DNA of 64,000 nt, taken from contig OZ219787.1 of the NCBI GenBank assembly GCA_964291285.2, forward strand, positions 800,001-864,000, written 5' to 3'. Shown in pieces: positions 30,425 through 39,793 of the stretch (positions are counted from its first letter, which is position 1; each line of letters starts with the position of its first letter). The notes below the pieces were generated by a model. That model was not told where the DNA came from. It searched no databases and saw only the letters and a program-made list of their open reading frames with translations. This DNA comes from Alphaproteobacteria bacterium. Lineage in GTDB: Bacteria > Pseudomonadota > Alphaproteobacteria > Bin95. Both the position numbers and the translations under genes were made by a program.

Positions 30425-31297
30425 TTATGCGGCTGGCCGCTCCCCCTGTATCTGCGTGCGGTGCAACCTCCGGCGCGTTGAGGCGTCGAAGGGGTCGCGG
30501 CGGTGCATGGTGCAGCGGTTGTCCCACAGCACCACGTCGCCGACCTGCCAGCGGTGGCGGTAGGTGAAGCGCTCCTGCTCGACATGGCTCCACAGCTCGT
30601 CCAGCAGCGCCTCCGAGTCCGAGACCTTCATGCCCTCGACATAGGAGTTGAGGCGGCGGCCCAGATAGAGCACCGGCCGCCCGCTCTCCGGATGCACCGG
30701 CACGGCCGGGTGGCTGGCGCCGGGGGCCTCGCTCACATCCGCCACCTCGTCGAAGCCCGCGCGCAGATAGCCGCCGGAATTGACGCTCGAATCGTGGCGG
30801 ACGCTCGCGGATTCCAGCCGGTCCCGCAGCGCCGCCGGAAGCGCCTCCAGCGCGGCATACATGTTGAGGAAGCAGGTGTCGCCGCCCTCCGGCGGGATTT
30901 CCAGCGCGTAGAGCGCGCTCGCCTTGGGCGGGCGCTCCTCGTAGCTCATGTCGGTGTGCCAGGAGGCCTCGCCCGCGCCAAGCGAGCCGATAGGCTTGCC
31001 GTCCCTGACGATGTTGGAGATCACGTAGAGTTCCGGCACGCCTTCCACCATGGTCTGGCCGTTCTCCATGATCGGCGCATGGTCGAGCTTGCCGAAGCGC
31101 GACGAGAAGGCGACGAACTCCGCGTCCGTCAGCGTCTGTCCCCGGAACACCACCACCCCGTGCTCGATCCAGGCGGCATGGATGGCGGCGAAGGTCTCGC
31201 CGTCGAGCGGTTTGGAAAGGTCCACGCCCTCGATCACGGCTCCCAGTGCAGCGCCCGTCGGCACCGCTGCGACGATTTGCTCGACACCTTCCGGCAT
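30425..31297 (-). CDS. TauD/TfdA family Fe(II)/2-oxoglutarate dioxygenase
   Basis: 'WHTDMSY', 'GGDTCF', 'WDNRCTMHRR'. Confidence 0.92.
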   Translation of the reverse strand: MPEGVEQIVAAVPTGAALGAVIEGVDLSKPLDGETFAAIHAAWIEHGVVVFRGQTLTDAEFVAFSSRFGKLDHAPIMENGQTMVEGVPELYVISNIVRDGKPIGSLGAGEASWHTDMSYEERPPKASALYALEIPPEGGDTCFLNMYAALEALPAALRDRLESASVRHDSSVNSGGYLRAGFDEVADVSEAPGASHPAVPVHPESGRPVLYLGRRLNSYVEGMKVSDSEALLDELWSHVEQERFTYRHRWQVGDVVLWDNRCTMHRRDPFDASTRRRLHRTQIQGERPAA

Positions 31298-31419
31298 GGC
31301 TTCGGCCTCCGCTTTCTGCAACGCCCGGCAATGTCACGGAAGAGGGGCGGCGGGTCAATGCGTTCATTGCGCCCCGCCGGCGCTTTCGCCTGGGCGTAAG
31401 CGCATCGTTTGTTCGCAAT

Positions 31420-31475
31420 TCATGAAATAATTCAAAAAATACCTTGACTCCGGGAAATTTCCCCCGATATTGGGA
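31420..31475 (+). promoter_or_regulatory. Candidate sigma70 promoter with a palindromic operator
   Basis: A-tract, TTGACT (31444), palindrome GGGAAATTTCCC (31452-31463), GATATT (31466). Confidence 0.4.
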
Positions 31476-31665
31476 CGGCAGGAAGGCAGCGGCGTCCGCG
31501 CGGAGCCGCTTCCTCTCCCGGTTCGCGCCGGCGCGAAAACGCCCCTGAGAAACGGACGGGAAAGGTGCGCCCTGATTTCAGGGTCGCGCGCGCGGGCAAT
31601 CAGGCGCGCGAACCGCGCCGGCGCCGACACGCGCCTGCACCCGCGCGCGATACGCGCGAAACTAG

Positions 31666-33679
31666 CCCGACTTCCGCAACTCGGGGGTCATGAGGATGCT
31701 AACTCATTGAATAGCCTTGATCGTCTCCCCGAGGGTCGGCACTACAAGGCGGCGAACGGAGAGGCGGCGCCGTGTGCCGTCAGGCGGAGATCCGGGGTGC
31801 GGGTTGCTGCGGCCAGGTCATGCCGAGCTGTTGCAGCAGTAGCTCGTGCTCCTTGTTCGGCCGGGTGTGGCGCGGCAGGACGAGGTGCCGGCCGTCGGTG
31901 GTTGGCAGATGGACGTCCACCATCTGGATGGTGGCGAAGGCCTCAAGGATGGCGCGTGGGGTGAGGCCCGGGGCGCGCGGCCGGGCGAGGTTCTTCAGGG
32001 TCACCAGCAGGCAGTAGGCGATGAACGAGACGAAGATATGCGCCTCGATGCGCTCTTGGCGCTGATGGAAGATGGGGCGGATCGCGAGGTCGTGCTTGAG
32101 TTCCTTGAACGCCTGCTCGATCTCGACGAGCTGCATGTACAGATGCCACAGCGTGGCGGGGTCTTCGGCGACCATGTTGGATCGCAGCAGGTAACGGCCC
32201 TCGCGGCGGCGGACCTGGCGCAGCCGGTCGCGCTGCAGGCGGAATGAGAAGCCGTTGGCGGCGAGTTCGCTGTCGGTCCCGGGCACGGTGATGTCGACCA
32301 GGCTCCAGGCCCGGCCGGCCTCCTTCCTGGCGGCGCCGAGCTTGAGCAACAACTGATCCCGGCTGTTCGACTGCCCTTGCAACTCGGCCAATCGACGCCA
32401 CAGCCTCTTCAGCCGGCGCCGGCGCATGCCGCGTTCCTTCACCTGCCGCCCCTCGCTGCGCACCAGGACGTAGAGCTCGCCATCCTCGACCAGAAGCTTG
32501 ACAGTCACGGACTGGCGCACCTCCTGCCAGGGCAGGCCCAGGAACACCTTCTCGAGCCGCGTCAGCCGGCCCTTGGGCGTGCCCACCAGGTAGCGCACCG
32601 GCGCCTCGCCCTCGCGCATCGCGGCCAGCGTCTCCTCGGTGGGGATGCCGCGGTCCATGATCCACACCCGCTCGGAGCGGCCATACTGATCCTCGATCTT
32701 CTTGAGGAACGCCGCCAGCGTGGTGTCGTCGGAGGTGTTGCCCGGCATCACCTCATAGGCCAGCGGAAAGCCCTGCGGCGTAACGATCAGGGCGATCACC
32801 ACCTGCACGCAGTCGGGCCGCTTGTCCCGGCTGTAGCCGAAGCGGCGCTTGTCATCGAACGGCGGATCGCTCTCGAAGTAGGTCGAGGTCAGGTCGTAGA
32901 GCAGCACGTCGAAGCGCGCCTCGAACAGCGTCGCCCAGCGGTCGCGCAGAAACGAGAAGAAGCCCTGCTTGTGCGCCAGCAGCTTGTCGAGACAGCGATA
33001 GAGTGTGTCGTCGGCGATCGCCCGCTCGCCACCCAGAAGATCGCGAAGCGCGCTGTGCTCATACCAGTGACGGTGAAGGCGCCACTCGCTGCCCGGGTCG
33101 ATCAGCCGGTAGCAGACCTGGATCTTCAGGATGTCCAGCCACCGCGTGCCTTGCCGGCTCGCCGGCAGCCGCTCTTCCCAGAAGCGGTCCAGGTCCAGGC
33201 GGTCCCACAAGGACAGCGCCAGCCAGCACGCCCCCCACTGGCGCGGGTCGTGAAGCGCCACCTGCGAGAGGTCGATCTTCACCACTTCGCAAGTCAGCGC
33301 CGGCGCCTCCCGGTCCTCGGGAAACAGCGCCATCTGCCGTGATCGCGACTTGCCCTCCACCACCTCGATCGAGCGGCACCACGCCGCTCGCTGGCTGTCG
33401 TTGATCTCCCCGAGATAGAGCACCTGACGCTGAACAACCCGACCGCCGTGGACCCGGACGTTCTCCACAACGCTCCAGTAGCGGTGCTCCTTGCCGTCCT
33501 TGAAGCGTCTCTTGCAGCGCACGAACATCAGCGCAGCGTCCGGATCTTCGCCAGCCCGATCAAGGGGGTAGGTCGGCACTACAAGCCGGTCCCGAGAGGT
33601 ACTGCACCGAAATCCGACACTTCTCGCGCCGGAAAACCGTCAAATCAGTCGATTCTCAAGCCGAGTTGCGGAAGTCGGG
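31666..33679 (-). mobile_element. IS1634-family element, copy 2
   Basis: Same TIRs and length; CTAG on both sides. Confidence 0.93.
31780..33528 (-). CDS. IS1634-family DDE transposase
   Basis: Translation identical to copy 1. Confidence 0.92.
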   Translation of the reverse strand: MFVRCKRRFKDGKEHRYWSVVENVRVHGGRVVQRQVLYLGEINDSQRAAWCRSIEVVEGKSRSRQMALFPEDREAPALTCEVVKIDLSQVALHDPRQWGACWLALSLWDRLDLDRFWEERLPASRQGTRWLDILKIQVCYRLIDPGSEWRLHRHWYEHSALRDLLGGERAIADDTLYRCLDKLLAHKQGFFSFLRDRWATLFEARFDVLLYDLTSTYFESDPPFDDKRRFGYSRDKRPDCVQVVIALIVTPQGFPLAYEVMPGNTSDDTTLAAFLKKIEDQYGRSERVWIMDRGIPTEETLAAMREGEAPVRYLVGTPKGRLTRLEKVFLGLPWQEVRQSVTVKLLVEDGELYVLVRSEGRQVKERGMRRRRLKRLWRRLAELQGQSNSRDQLLLKLGAARKEAGRAWSLVDITVPGTDSELAANGFSFRLQRDRLRQVRRREGRYLLRSNMVAEDPATLWHLYMQLVEIEQAFKELKHDLAIRPIFHQRQERIEAHIFVSFIAYCLLVTLKNLARPRAPGLTPRAILEAFATIQMVDVHLPTTDGRHLVLPRHTRPNKEHELLLQQLGMTWPQQPAPRISA

Positions 33680-35572
33680 CTAGAGCACGATTTCGTCGCC
33701 GGGGCCGATCCCGTCGACGATTTCCACCGAGTCCAGGGTGGTCACGCCGGTCGCCACCGGCACCTCCCTCACCTCGCCGGAGTCCGCGTCCCTGACCCGC
33801 AGCCGGGCCTGGCCGTCGCGGACGGTCACGGCGTCGAGCGGGACGAGCAGGGCGTCGGCCCTCTCATAGACCGTCACCTCGACGGTCGCCGACATGCCGA
33901 GGCGCAGCAGCCGGCGCTGCCCGTCGGACAGCGCCTCGACGACGGCAGCCACCTCGAAGGACGGCAGCCCGCGGCCGGAGGAGTCCCGTTTGGCCTGCGA
34001 GGAGACATGCGCGATCTCGCCGTGCAGCGTGACGCCGGGGAAGGCATCGCCCACCACCCTGACGCGGTGCCCGGGCCGGATCCGCACTACGTCCACCTCG
34101 TCCACCCTGCCGACGACCGCGACGCCGTCCAGATTGCCGATGGTCAGGAGACGCTCGCCCTGCTCGACGGACACCCCCTTCGCGAACGTCTTCTCCTTGC
34201 TGTCGGCGCCCCTCTCGGCCCCGCCGGCTTTCGGATCGACGACGACCCCGGCCACCGGCGCATACACGACCGCGTTGCGCAGCGTGTCCTCGAGGGCCTC
34301 CAGCTTGGCCCGGGCGTTGTCGAGCTCCAGCCGCGCGACCGTCCTCTCGGCGGCGCCCTTGGCGAGCGCGGCCCGCAGATCTTCTTCGGCCGCCCGGAGA
34401 TCGAACTGCCGGCTCTTGTACTCGCGCTCCGCAGCCTTGTGCTCCGACGCCGGAATCACGCCCCGCTCCAGCAGGAACGATGTCTTCTCGAGCGTGTTCC
34501 TCGCCGTCTCCAGCGCGGCATTGCTCTTGCTCACGGCGCGGCGCACCCGCGTCACGTCGACGTGGTTCTCCCAGTTCGCGAGCTCCTGCACGCGGTCGCG
34601 GGCCTTGATGAAGGCGACCTCGGCGTCGCGCTGCTCGATCTGCACCTCGGTCACGTCCAGCTCGACCAGCCGCTGTCCCTCGATCACCCGTTCGCCGTGC
34701 TGGAAATGCACCGCCGCCACCTTTCCCTTGATCGGGCTGGTCACTTCGACTTCCCGCAACGGCGCGAGCCGCCCGGCCATGAAGAGCGATGCGGACACCG
34801 CCTGCGGCGTGACCGTCAACGTGCGCTGCGCGCCGTCGGCCGCTTGCACGACGCCGGCCGTCGGCATGCTGCCGGCCGGCGGGTCCGGGTTCCAGAACCA
34901 GAGGCCGACCACGAGAAACACGGCCATGACGACGACCGTCGCGCCCAGTCTGAGCGCGTTGACCCGTTTCGCCGCGGAGGCCAGCTCCCGGTTCCGCGTT
35001 TCCAGCGTGACATAGGCGTCCCGCAGTTCGCCGTGCTTCGCCTCGAGGTCCTTCGCCAGGCGGACTTCCGTTTCCCGCAGTTCCGAGATCTCGGATATGT
35101 CGCTGAACACAGCGACCACGCCCAGGCCGACGGTCTCGCCGTGGCGCTCTTCGGTCAGATAGGACGTCACCACCGAGAGGAGGCGGCGCTTGCCGGCCAG
35201 GGTCGCTTCCACGACGTGCTGGTCGCCCGCAGAAGCCTCGTAGGTGGCGTCGAGGACGGTGTCTATGAATGCGTCCGCGCCCTCGATGCGCACGAGAACG
35301 TCCGCGAGCGTGCGTCCGATCACGGACTCGGCGGACAGGCCGAAAATCTCCGAGGCAGCGGGGTTGAAGCTGGTGATGACCCCGCTCCGGTCGAGCGACA
35401 TGATCCCGCTGGAGACGTTGTCCAGAATGCTTTGGTGCAGCAGGGAGGCATCGGCCAGGCGCGCCGGCCCCGGCCTCCGCCGGTCCCGACCGGATGCCGG
35501 CTGCCCGGCGCGGCCGCTCTCGCCGTTCTCGACGGGCCCTTCGATCTCCGATGTGTCGGTGATGTCGGTGAT
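33680..35572 (-). CDS. PAS domain-coiled coil-TM-efflux periplasmic adaptor (HlyD/MacA-type) fusion; start uncertain (first ATG 35401, candidate ATC 35572)
   Basis: PAS 'SILDNVSSGIMSLDRSGVITSFNPAASEIFG'; TM 'LGATVVVMAVFLVVGLWFW'; lipoyl halves 'VTSPIKGKV' and 'VYAPVAGVV'; 'VDEVDV', 'LRLGMSATVEV', 'ALLVPLDAV'. Confidence 0.8.
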   Translation of the reverse strand: MTDITDTSEIEGPVENGESGRAGQPASGRDRRRPGPARLADASLLHQSILDNVSSGIMSLDRSGVITSFNPAASEIFGLSAESVIGRTLADVLVRIEGADAFIDTVLDATYEASAGDQHVVEATLAGKRRLLSVVTSYLTEERHGETVGLGVVAVFSDISEISELRETEVRLAKDLEAKHGELRDAYVTLETRNRELASAAKRVNALRLGATVVVMAVFLVVGLWFWNPDPPAGSMPTAGVVQAADGAQRTLTVTPQAVSASLFMAGRLAPLREVEVTSPIKGKVAAVHFQHGERVIEGQRLVELDVTEVQIEQRDAEVAFIKARDRVQELANWENHVDVTRVRRAVSKSNAALETARNTLEKTSFLLERGVIPASEHKAAEREYKSRQFDLRAAEEDLRAALAKGAAERTVARLELDNARAKLEALEDTLRNAVVYAPVAGVVVDPKAGGAERGADSKEKTFAKGVSVEQGERLLTIGNLDGVAVVGRVDEVDVVRIRPGHRVRVVGDAFPGVTLHGEIAHVSSQAKRDSSGRGLPSFEVAAVVEALSDGQRRLLRLGMSATVEVTVYERADALLVPLDAVTVRDGQARLRVRDADSGEVREVPVATGVTTLDSVEIVDGIGPGDEIVL

Positions 35573-35596
35573 GTCTCGAACTCCCGGATCCGCGTC

Positions 35597-36533
35597 CTAC
35601 CGGACTGGCAGGGCCCCCGAACGCTCCAGCCTGTCGAAATCGATACCCCAGCTCTCCAGCGAGATGCCCAGCGTCCGGTTCAGCGCCGCCACCGCGTCGT
35701 GGTACGAGATGATCGCTTCCAGCTCCTCGTTCTGGGCGTCGACCAGGTCGTTCTCGAAAGCGACCAGCTGGAAATTGGTCGACAGCCCCAGGCGCAGCTT
35801 CTCGTTTTCGATCTCCATCTTCTGCTCCGCCAGACGCCGCGCGGTCTGCGCGAGCGCGACCCTCCGGAACGACAGCCCCGCTGCGCGAACCGCGCCGGCG
35901 ACCTCGATGTCGATGCGCTGGCGCGTCTCGTCGAGCTTGTTGCGCGCCCGGTTCAGCGCGGTAACGGCTTCCACATGGGCGAGCTTCGCGGCGTCCGTCG
36001 CGGCGCCGATCGGAATATCGAGCCTGAGCATCATGCCGTAGTCGTCACGGTCGAGCCCGCCGAGCGCGCCGCCGACCGACCCGTCGGCGTGGGAGGCGTT
36101 GGCCGACAACTCCACCGACAGGTCCCACAGGCGTTCATTCCCGGCCACCGCGACCTGCGTCTCGGCGGTCTTCACGCCGAGCAGGGCCTGGAGGTAGTCA
36201 GGGCGGTTCCGAAGCGCCACCGCGACGCCGCCCGCCTCCTCGACGGAACTCGGTTCGGGCGCCGTCTCCAGCCGGTCGGTCAGCCGCAGGCGGGAGCGGC
36301 GGTCGATGTCGAGAACGTCGATCAGCGCCAGCCGGGCGGCGTCCAGCTCGTCCCGCGCCGCGATCAGCGTCAGTTCCCGGCGGGCGATATCGGCCCGGGT
36401 CTGCACGACGTCGCGCGCCGCCATGCGGCCGGCCTCGACCAGGGTCCTGGCGACCGTCAGCAGCTCCCGCGCGCGCTCCAGCGACCTCGCGGCGATGTCC
36501 ACGCGGCGCTCGGCGCGAATGTGGCGGTGATAG
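35597..36533 (-). pseudogene. TolC-family outer-membrane factor, 3' part
   Basis: 'ALRNRPDY', 'LRLGLSTNFQLV'; in frame with the 5' part once the IS and one ATAG are removed. Confidence 0.87.
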
Positions 36534-38547
36534 CCCGACTTCCGCAACTCGGCTTGAGAATCGACTGATTTGACGGTTTTCCGGCGCGAGAAGTGTCGGA
36601 TTTCGGTGCAGTACCTCTCGGGACCGGCTTGTAGTGCCGACCTACCCCCTTGATCGGGCTGGCGAAGATCCGGACGCTGCGCTGATGTTCGTGCGCTGCA
36701 AGAGACGCTTCAAGGACGGCAAGGAGCACCGCTACTGGAGCGTTGTGGAGAACGTCCGGGTCCACGGCGGTCGGGTTGTTCAGCGTCAGGTGCTCTATCT
36801 CGGGGAGATCAACGACAGCCAGCGAGCGGCGTGGTGCCGCTCGATCGAGGTGGTGGAGGGCAAGTCGCGATCACGGCAGATGGCGCTGTTTCCCGAGGAC
36901 CGGGAGGCGCCGGCGCTGACTTGCGAAGTGGTGAAGATCGACCTCTCGCAGGTGGCGCTTCACGACCCGCGCCAGTGGGGGGCGTGCTGGCTGGCGCTGT
37001 CCTTGTGGGACCGCCTGGACCTGGACCGCTTCTGGGAAGAGCGGCTGCCGGCGAGCCGGCAAGGCACGCGGTGGCTGGACATCCTGAAGATCCAGGTCTG
37101 CTACCGGCTGATCGACCCGGGCAGCGAGTGGCGCCTTCACCGTCACTGGTATGAGCACAGCGCGCTTCGCGATCTTCTGGGTGGCGAGCGGGCGATCGCC
37201 GACGACACACTCTATCGCTGTCTCGACAAGCTGCTGGCGCACAAGCAGGGCTTCTTCTCGTTTCTGCGCGACCGCTGGGCGACGCTGTTCGAGGCGCGCT
37301 TCGACGTGCTGCTCTACGACCTGACCTCGACCTACTTCGAGAGCGATCCGCCGTTCGATGACAAGCGCCGCTTCGGCTACAGCCGGGACAAGCGGCCCGA
37401 CTGCGTGCAGGTGGTGATCGCCCTGATCGTTACGCCGCAGGGCTTTCCGCTGGCCTATGAGGTGATGCCGGGCAACACCTCCGACGACACCACGCTGGCG
37501 GCGTTCCTCAAGAAGATCGAGGATCAGTATGGCCGCTCCGAGCGGGTGTGGATCATGGACCGCGGCATCCCCACCGAGGAGACGCTGGCCGCGATGCGCG
37601 AGGGCGAGGCGCCGGTGCGCTACCTGGTGGGCACGCCCAAGGGCCGGCTGACGCGGCTCGAGAAGGTGTTCCTGGGCCTGCCCTGGCAGGAGGTGCGCCA
37701 GTCCGTGACTGTCAAGCTTCTGGTCGAGGATGGCGAGCTCTACGTCCTGGTGCGCAGCGAGGGGCGGCAGGTGAAGGAACGCGGCATGCGCCGGCGCCGG
37801 CTGAAGAGGCTGTGGCGTCGATTGGCCGAGTTGCAAGGGCAGTCGAACAGCCGGGATCAGTTGTTGCTCAAGCTCGGCGCCGCCAGGAAGGAGGCCGGCC
37901 GGGCCTGGAGCCTGGTCGACATCACCGTGCCCGGGACCGACAGCGAACTCGCCGCCAACGGCTTCTCATTCCGCCTGCAGCGCGACCGGCTGCGCCAGGT
38001 CCGCCGCCGCGAGGGCCGTTACCTGCTGCGATCCAACATGGTCGCCGAAGACCCCGCCACGCTGTGGCATCTGTACATGCAGCTCGTCGAGATCGAGCAG
38101 GCGTTCAAGGAACTCAAGCACGACCTCGCGATCCGCCCCATCTTCCATCAGCGCCAAGAGCGCATCGAGGCGCATATCTTCGTCTCGTTCATCGCCTACT
38201 GCCTGCTGGTGACCCTGAAGAACCTCGCCCGGCCGCGCGCCCCGGGCCTCACCCCACGCGCCATCCTTGAGGCCTTCGCCACCATCCAGATGGTGGACGT
38301 CCATCTGCCAACCACCGACGGCCGGCACCTCGTCCTGCCGCGCCACACCCGGCCGAACAAGGAGCACGAGCTACTGCTGCAACAGCTCGGCATGACCTGG
38401 CCGCAGCAACCCGCACCCCGGATCTCCGCCTGACGGCACACGGCGCCGCCTCTCCGTTCGCCGCCTTGTAGTGCCGACCCTCGGGGAGACGATCAAGGCT
38501 ATTCAATGAGTTAGCATCCTCATGACCCCCGAGTTGCGGAAGTCGGG
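36534..38547 (+). mobile_element. IS1634-family element, copy 3 (inside the TolC gene)
   Basis: Same TIRs; ATAG target duplication. Confidence 0.94.
36685..38433 (+). CDS. IS1634-family DDE transposase
   Basis: Translation identical to the other copies. Confidence 0.92.
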   Translation: MFVRCKRRFKDGKEHRYWSVVENVRVHGGRVVQRQVLYLGEINDSQRAAWCRSIEVVEGKSRSRQMALFPEDREAPALTCEVVKIDLSQVALHDPRQWGACWLALSLWDRLDLDRFWEERLPASRQGTRWLDILKIQVCYRLIDPGSEWRLHRHWYEHSALRDLLGGERAIADDTLYRCLDKLLAHKQGFFSFLRDRWATLFEARFDVLLYDLTSTYFESDPPFDDKRRFGYSRDKRPDCVQVVIALIVTPQGFPLAYEVMPGNTSDDTTLAAFLKKIEDQYGRSERVWIMDRGIPTEETLAAMREGEAPVRYLVGTPKGRLTRLEKVFLGLPWQEVRQSVTVKLLVEDGELYVLVRSEGRQVKERGMRRRRLKRLWRRLAELQGQSNSRDQLLLKLGAARKEAGRAWSLVDITVPGTDSELAANGFSFRLQRDRLRQVRRREGRYLLRSNMVAEDPATLWHLYMQLVEIEQAFKELKHDLAIRPIFHQRQERIEAHIFVSFIAYCLLVTLKNLARPRAPGLTPRAILEAFATIQMVDVHLPTTDGRHLVLPRHTRPNKEHELLLQQLGMTWPQQPAPRISA

Positions 38548-39120
38548 ATAGCTCCGGACAATCTCGGCGACGACGTCGGCGACGACCATCCTCAGGGCGA
38601 GCGCGCCGATCTCGTCCTGGAGGCGGGCGGTTCGGACCGGGGCCGTGCCGACATCCGTTCCGCCGCCGCGCAGCAGCGGCTGCCTGAACGTCAACCCCAC
38701 CTCGCTGCTATATCGCGGCCGCGTGGTTCCGTCCCTGCCCTGCCACTTAAGCTCGAACTCTCCTCCGGTCGGCACCTGCATCGTCATGGCCGCCCCGACG
38801 CCCAACGCACGCGACCCCGCCAACGCGCGCGAGCCCGCCTCGGCCCGGCTGCGCGACCAGCCGAAATTGGGGCCGAAAGAAACCCGCGGCGCGAACTCGT
38901 TCTCAGCCACATCGAGGGCGAATCTCCCGGCCGTTCTCGCGGCCTGCGCGTCGATCAGCGAGCGGTTGTTCCGCAGACCCAGCAGGATGCTGTCCCGCAG
39001 GGAGAGTTCCCGGACGTCGCGGGCCGGCTCGCCGGCGGCCGCCGGCAGGGCGCCGTGGGAAATCGCGAGGACGGCGACAAGACGGGCGAGTCCGACGGCG
39101 CCGCGGCGAATGCGCGACAT
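38548..39120 (-). pseudogene. TolC-family outer-membrane factor, 5' part
   Basis: Signal peptide; 'LSLRDSILLGLRNN', 'RQPLLRGGG'; rejoins as ..IVRSY-HRHIRAERR (about 501 aa total). Confidence 0.85.
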
Positions 39121-39487
39121 CCGCCCCGGCGGTCGGATCCGTGTCCTGCCCACGGGTCGCGGTCACCGGCCCGGAACCGGTCTCGCCGGCGCCATGCGTC
39201 CCGTTCCGGAGCCCGGCGATGCCGCCCGAACGGCCCCGGGGTCCCCGTATGGCGTCCCGTCCCGCAACGCGACGCAGACGGCCCGCTTGCAGCCGCGCCG
39301 CACTGTCATCGCCTTGCGATAGCCCCGGAACAGACAGCCATCGGTTCTACCGTCTCCTGCTGCGCGTTCGCCGACGCCGGCTGCCGGCCCGCGGCATTCC
39401 GTTTCGTCGGGCCGGCAGGCCAAGTCTGCGCCATCATAGGAGGTTTCTCGTTAATTGTATGTGTAATCAAGCAGTTTTATGATGTCG

Positions 39488-39646
39488 TTATTGTAAAACG
39501 AACCGATATTCCCCGAAACGCTGCAAGCGGCGCGAGGGCGACACCCGCACACCGAATCCCCTGAGCTTGCCGTTGCGGACCTCGCGGACGGACTTGCGCG
39601 GCTGGAGCGCCTTGACGCGGGTCTCGGTAAGGGTAGTCTTCGCCAT
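39488..39646 (-). pseudogene. Tyrosine integrase remnant (Arm-DNA-binding N-terminus only)
   Basis: 'MAKTTLTETRVKALQPRK..VRNGKLRGFGVRVSPS', after which similarity is lost. Confidence 0.7.
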
Positions 39647-39793
39647 TCCGTTTCTCCCGGCTCCAGGTGGCAGATCGGGAACAAGGGGATTGCAGCCACT
39701 TCCCCGACCGCTACATTTCAGGAGAAAAAACAACGCTGTATCAGATAGTTAGCACCCAATGGTGCGTCCCCGGTGGTGTGATGGACGGCCGCC

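Noticed and set aside
36634-36684. GTG start giving a 599-aa transposase
   Set aside because: The extension lies in the subterminal repeat; family-like sequence begins at MFVRC (36685).
36628-38479. IS internal repeats or REP elements as a CRISPR array
   Set aside because: Only two units per element, no regular repeat-spacer period and no cas genes.
38800-38840. Imperfect 18-bp duplication in tolC (GSRALA/GSRALG)
   Set aside because: In-frame two-unit microduplication with no evidence of function.
39755-39790. Intact tRNA gene
   Set aside because: Only a short acceptor-end-like stretch; no T-arm or cloverleaf.
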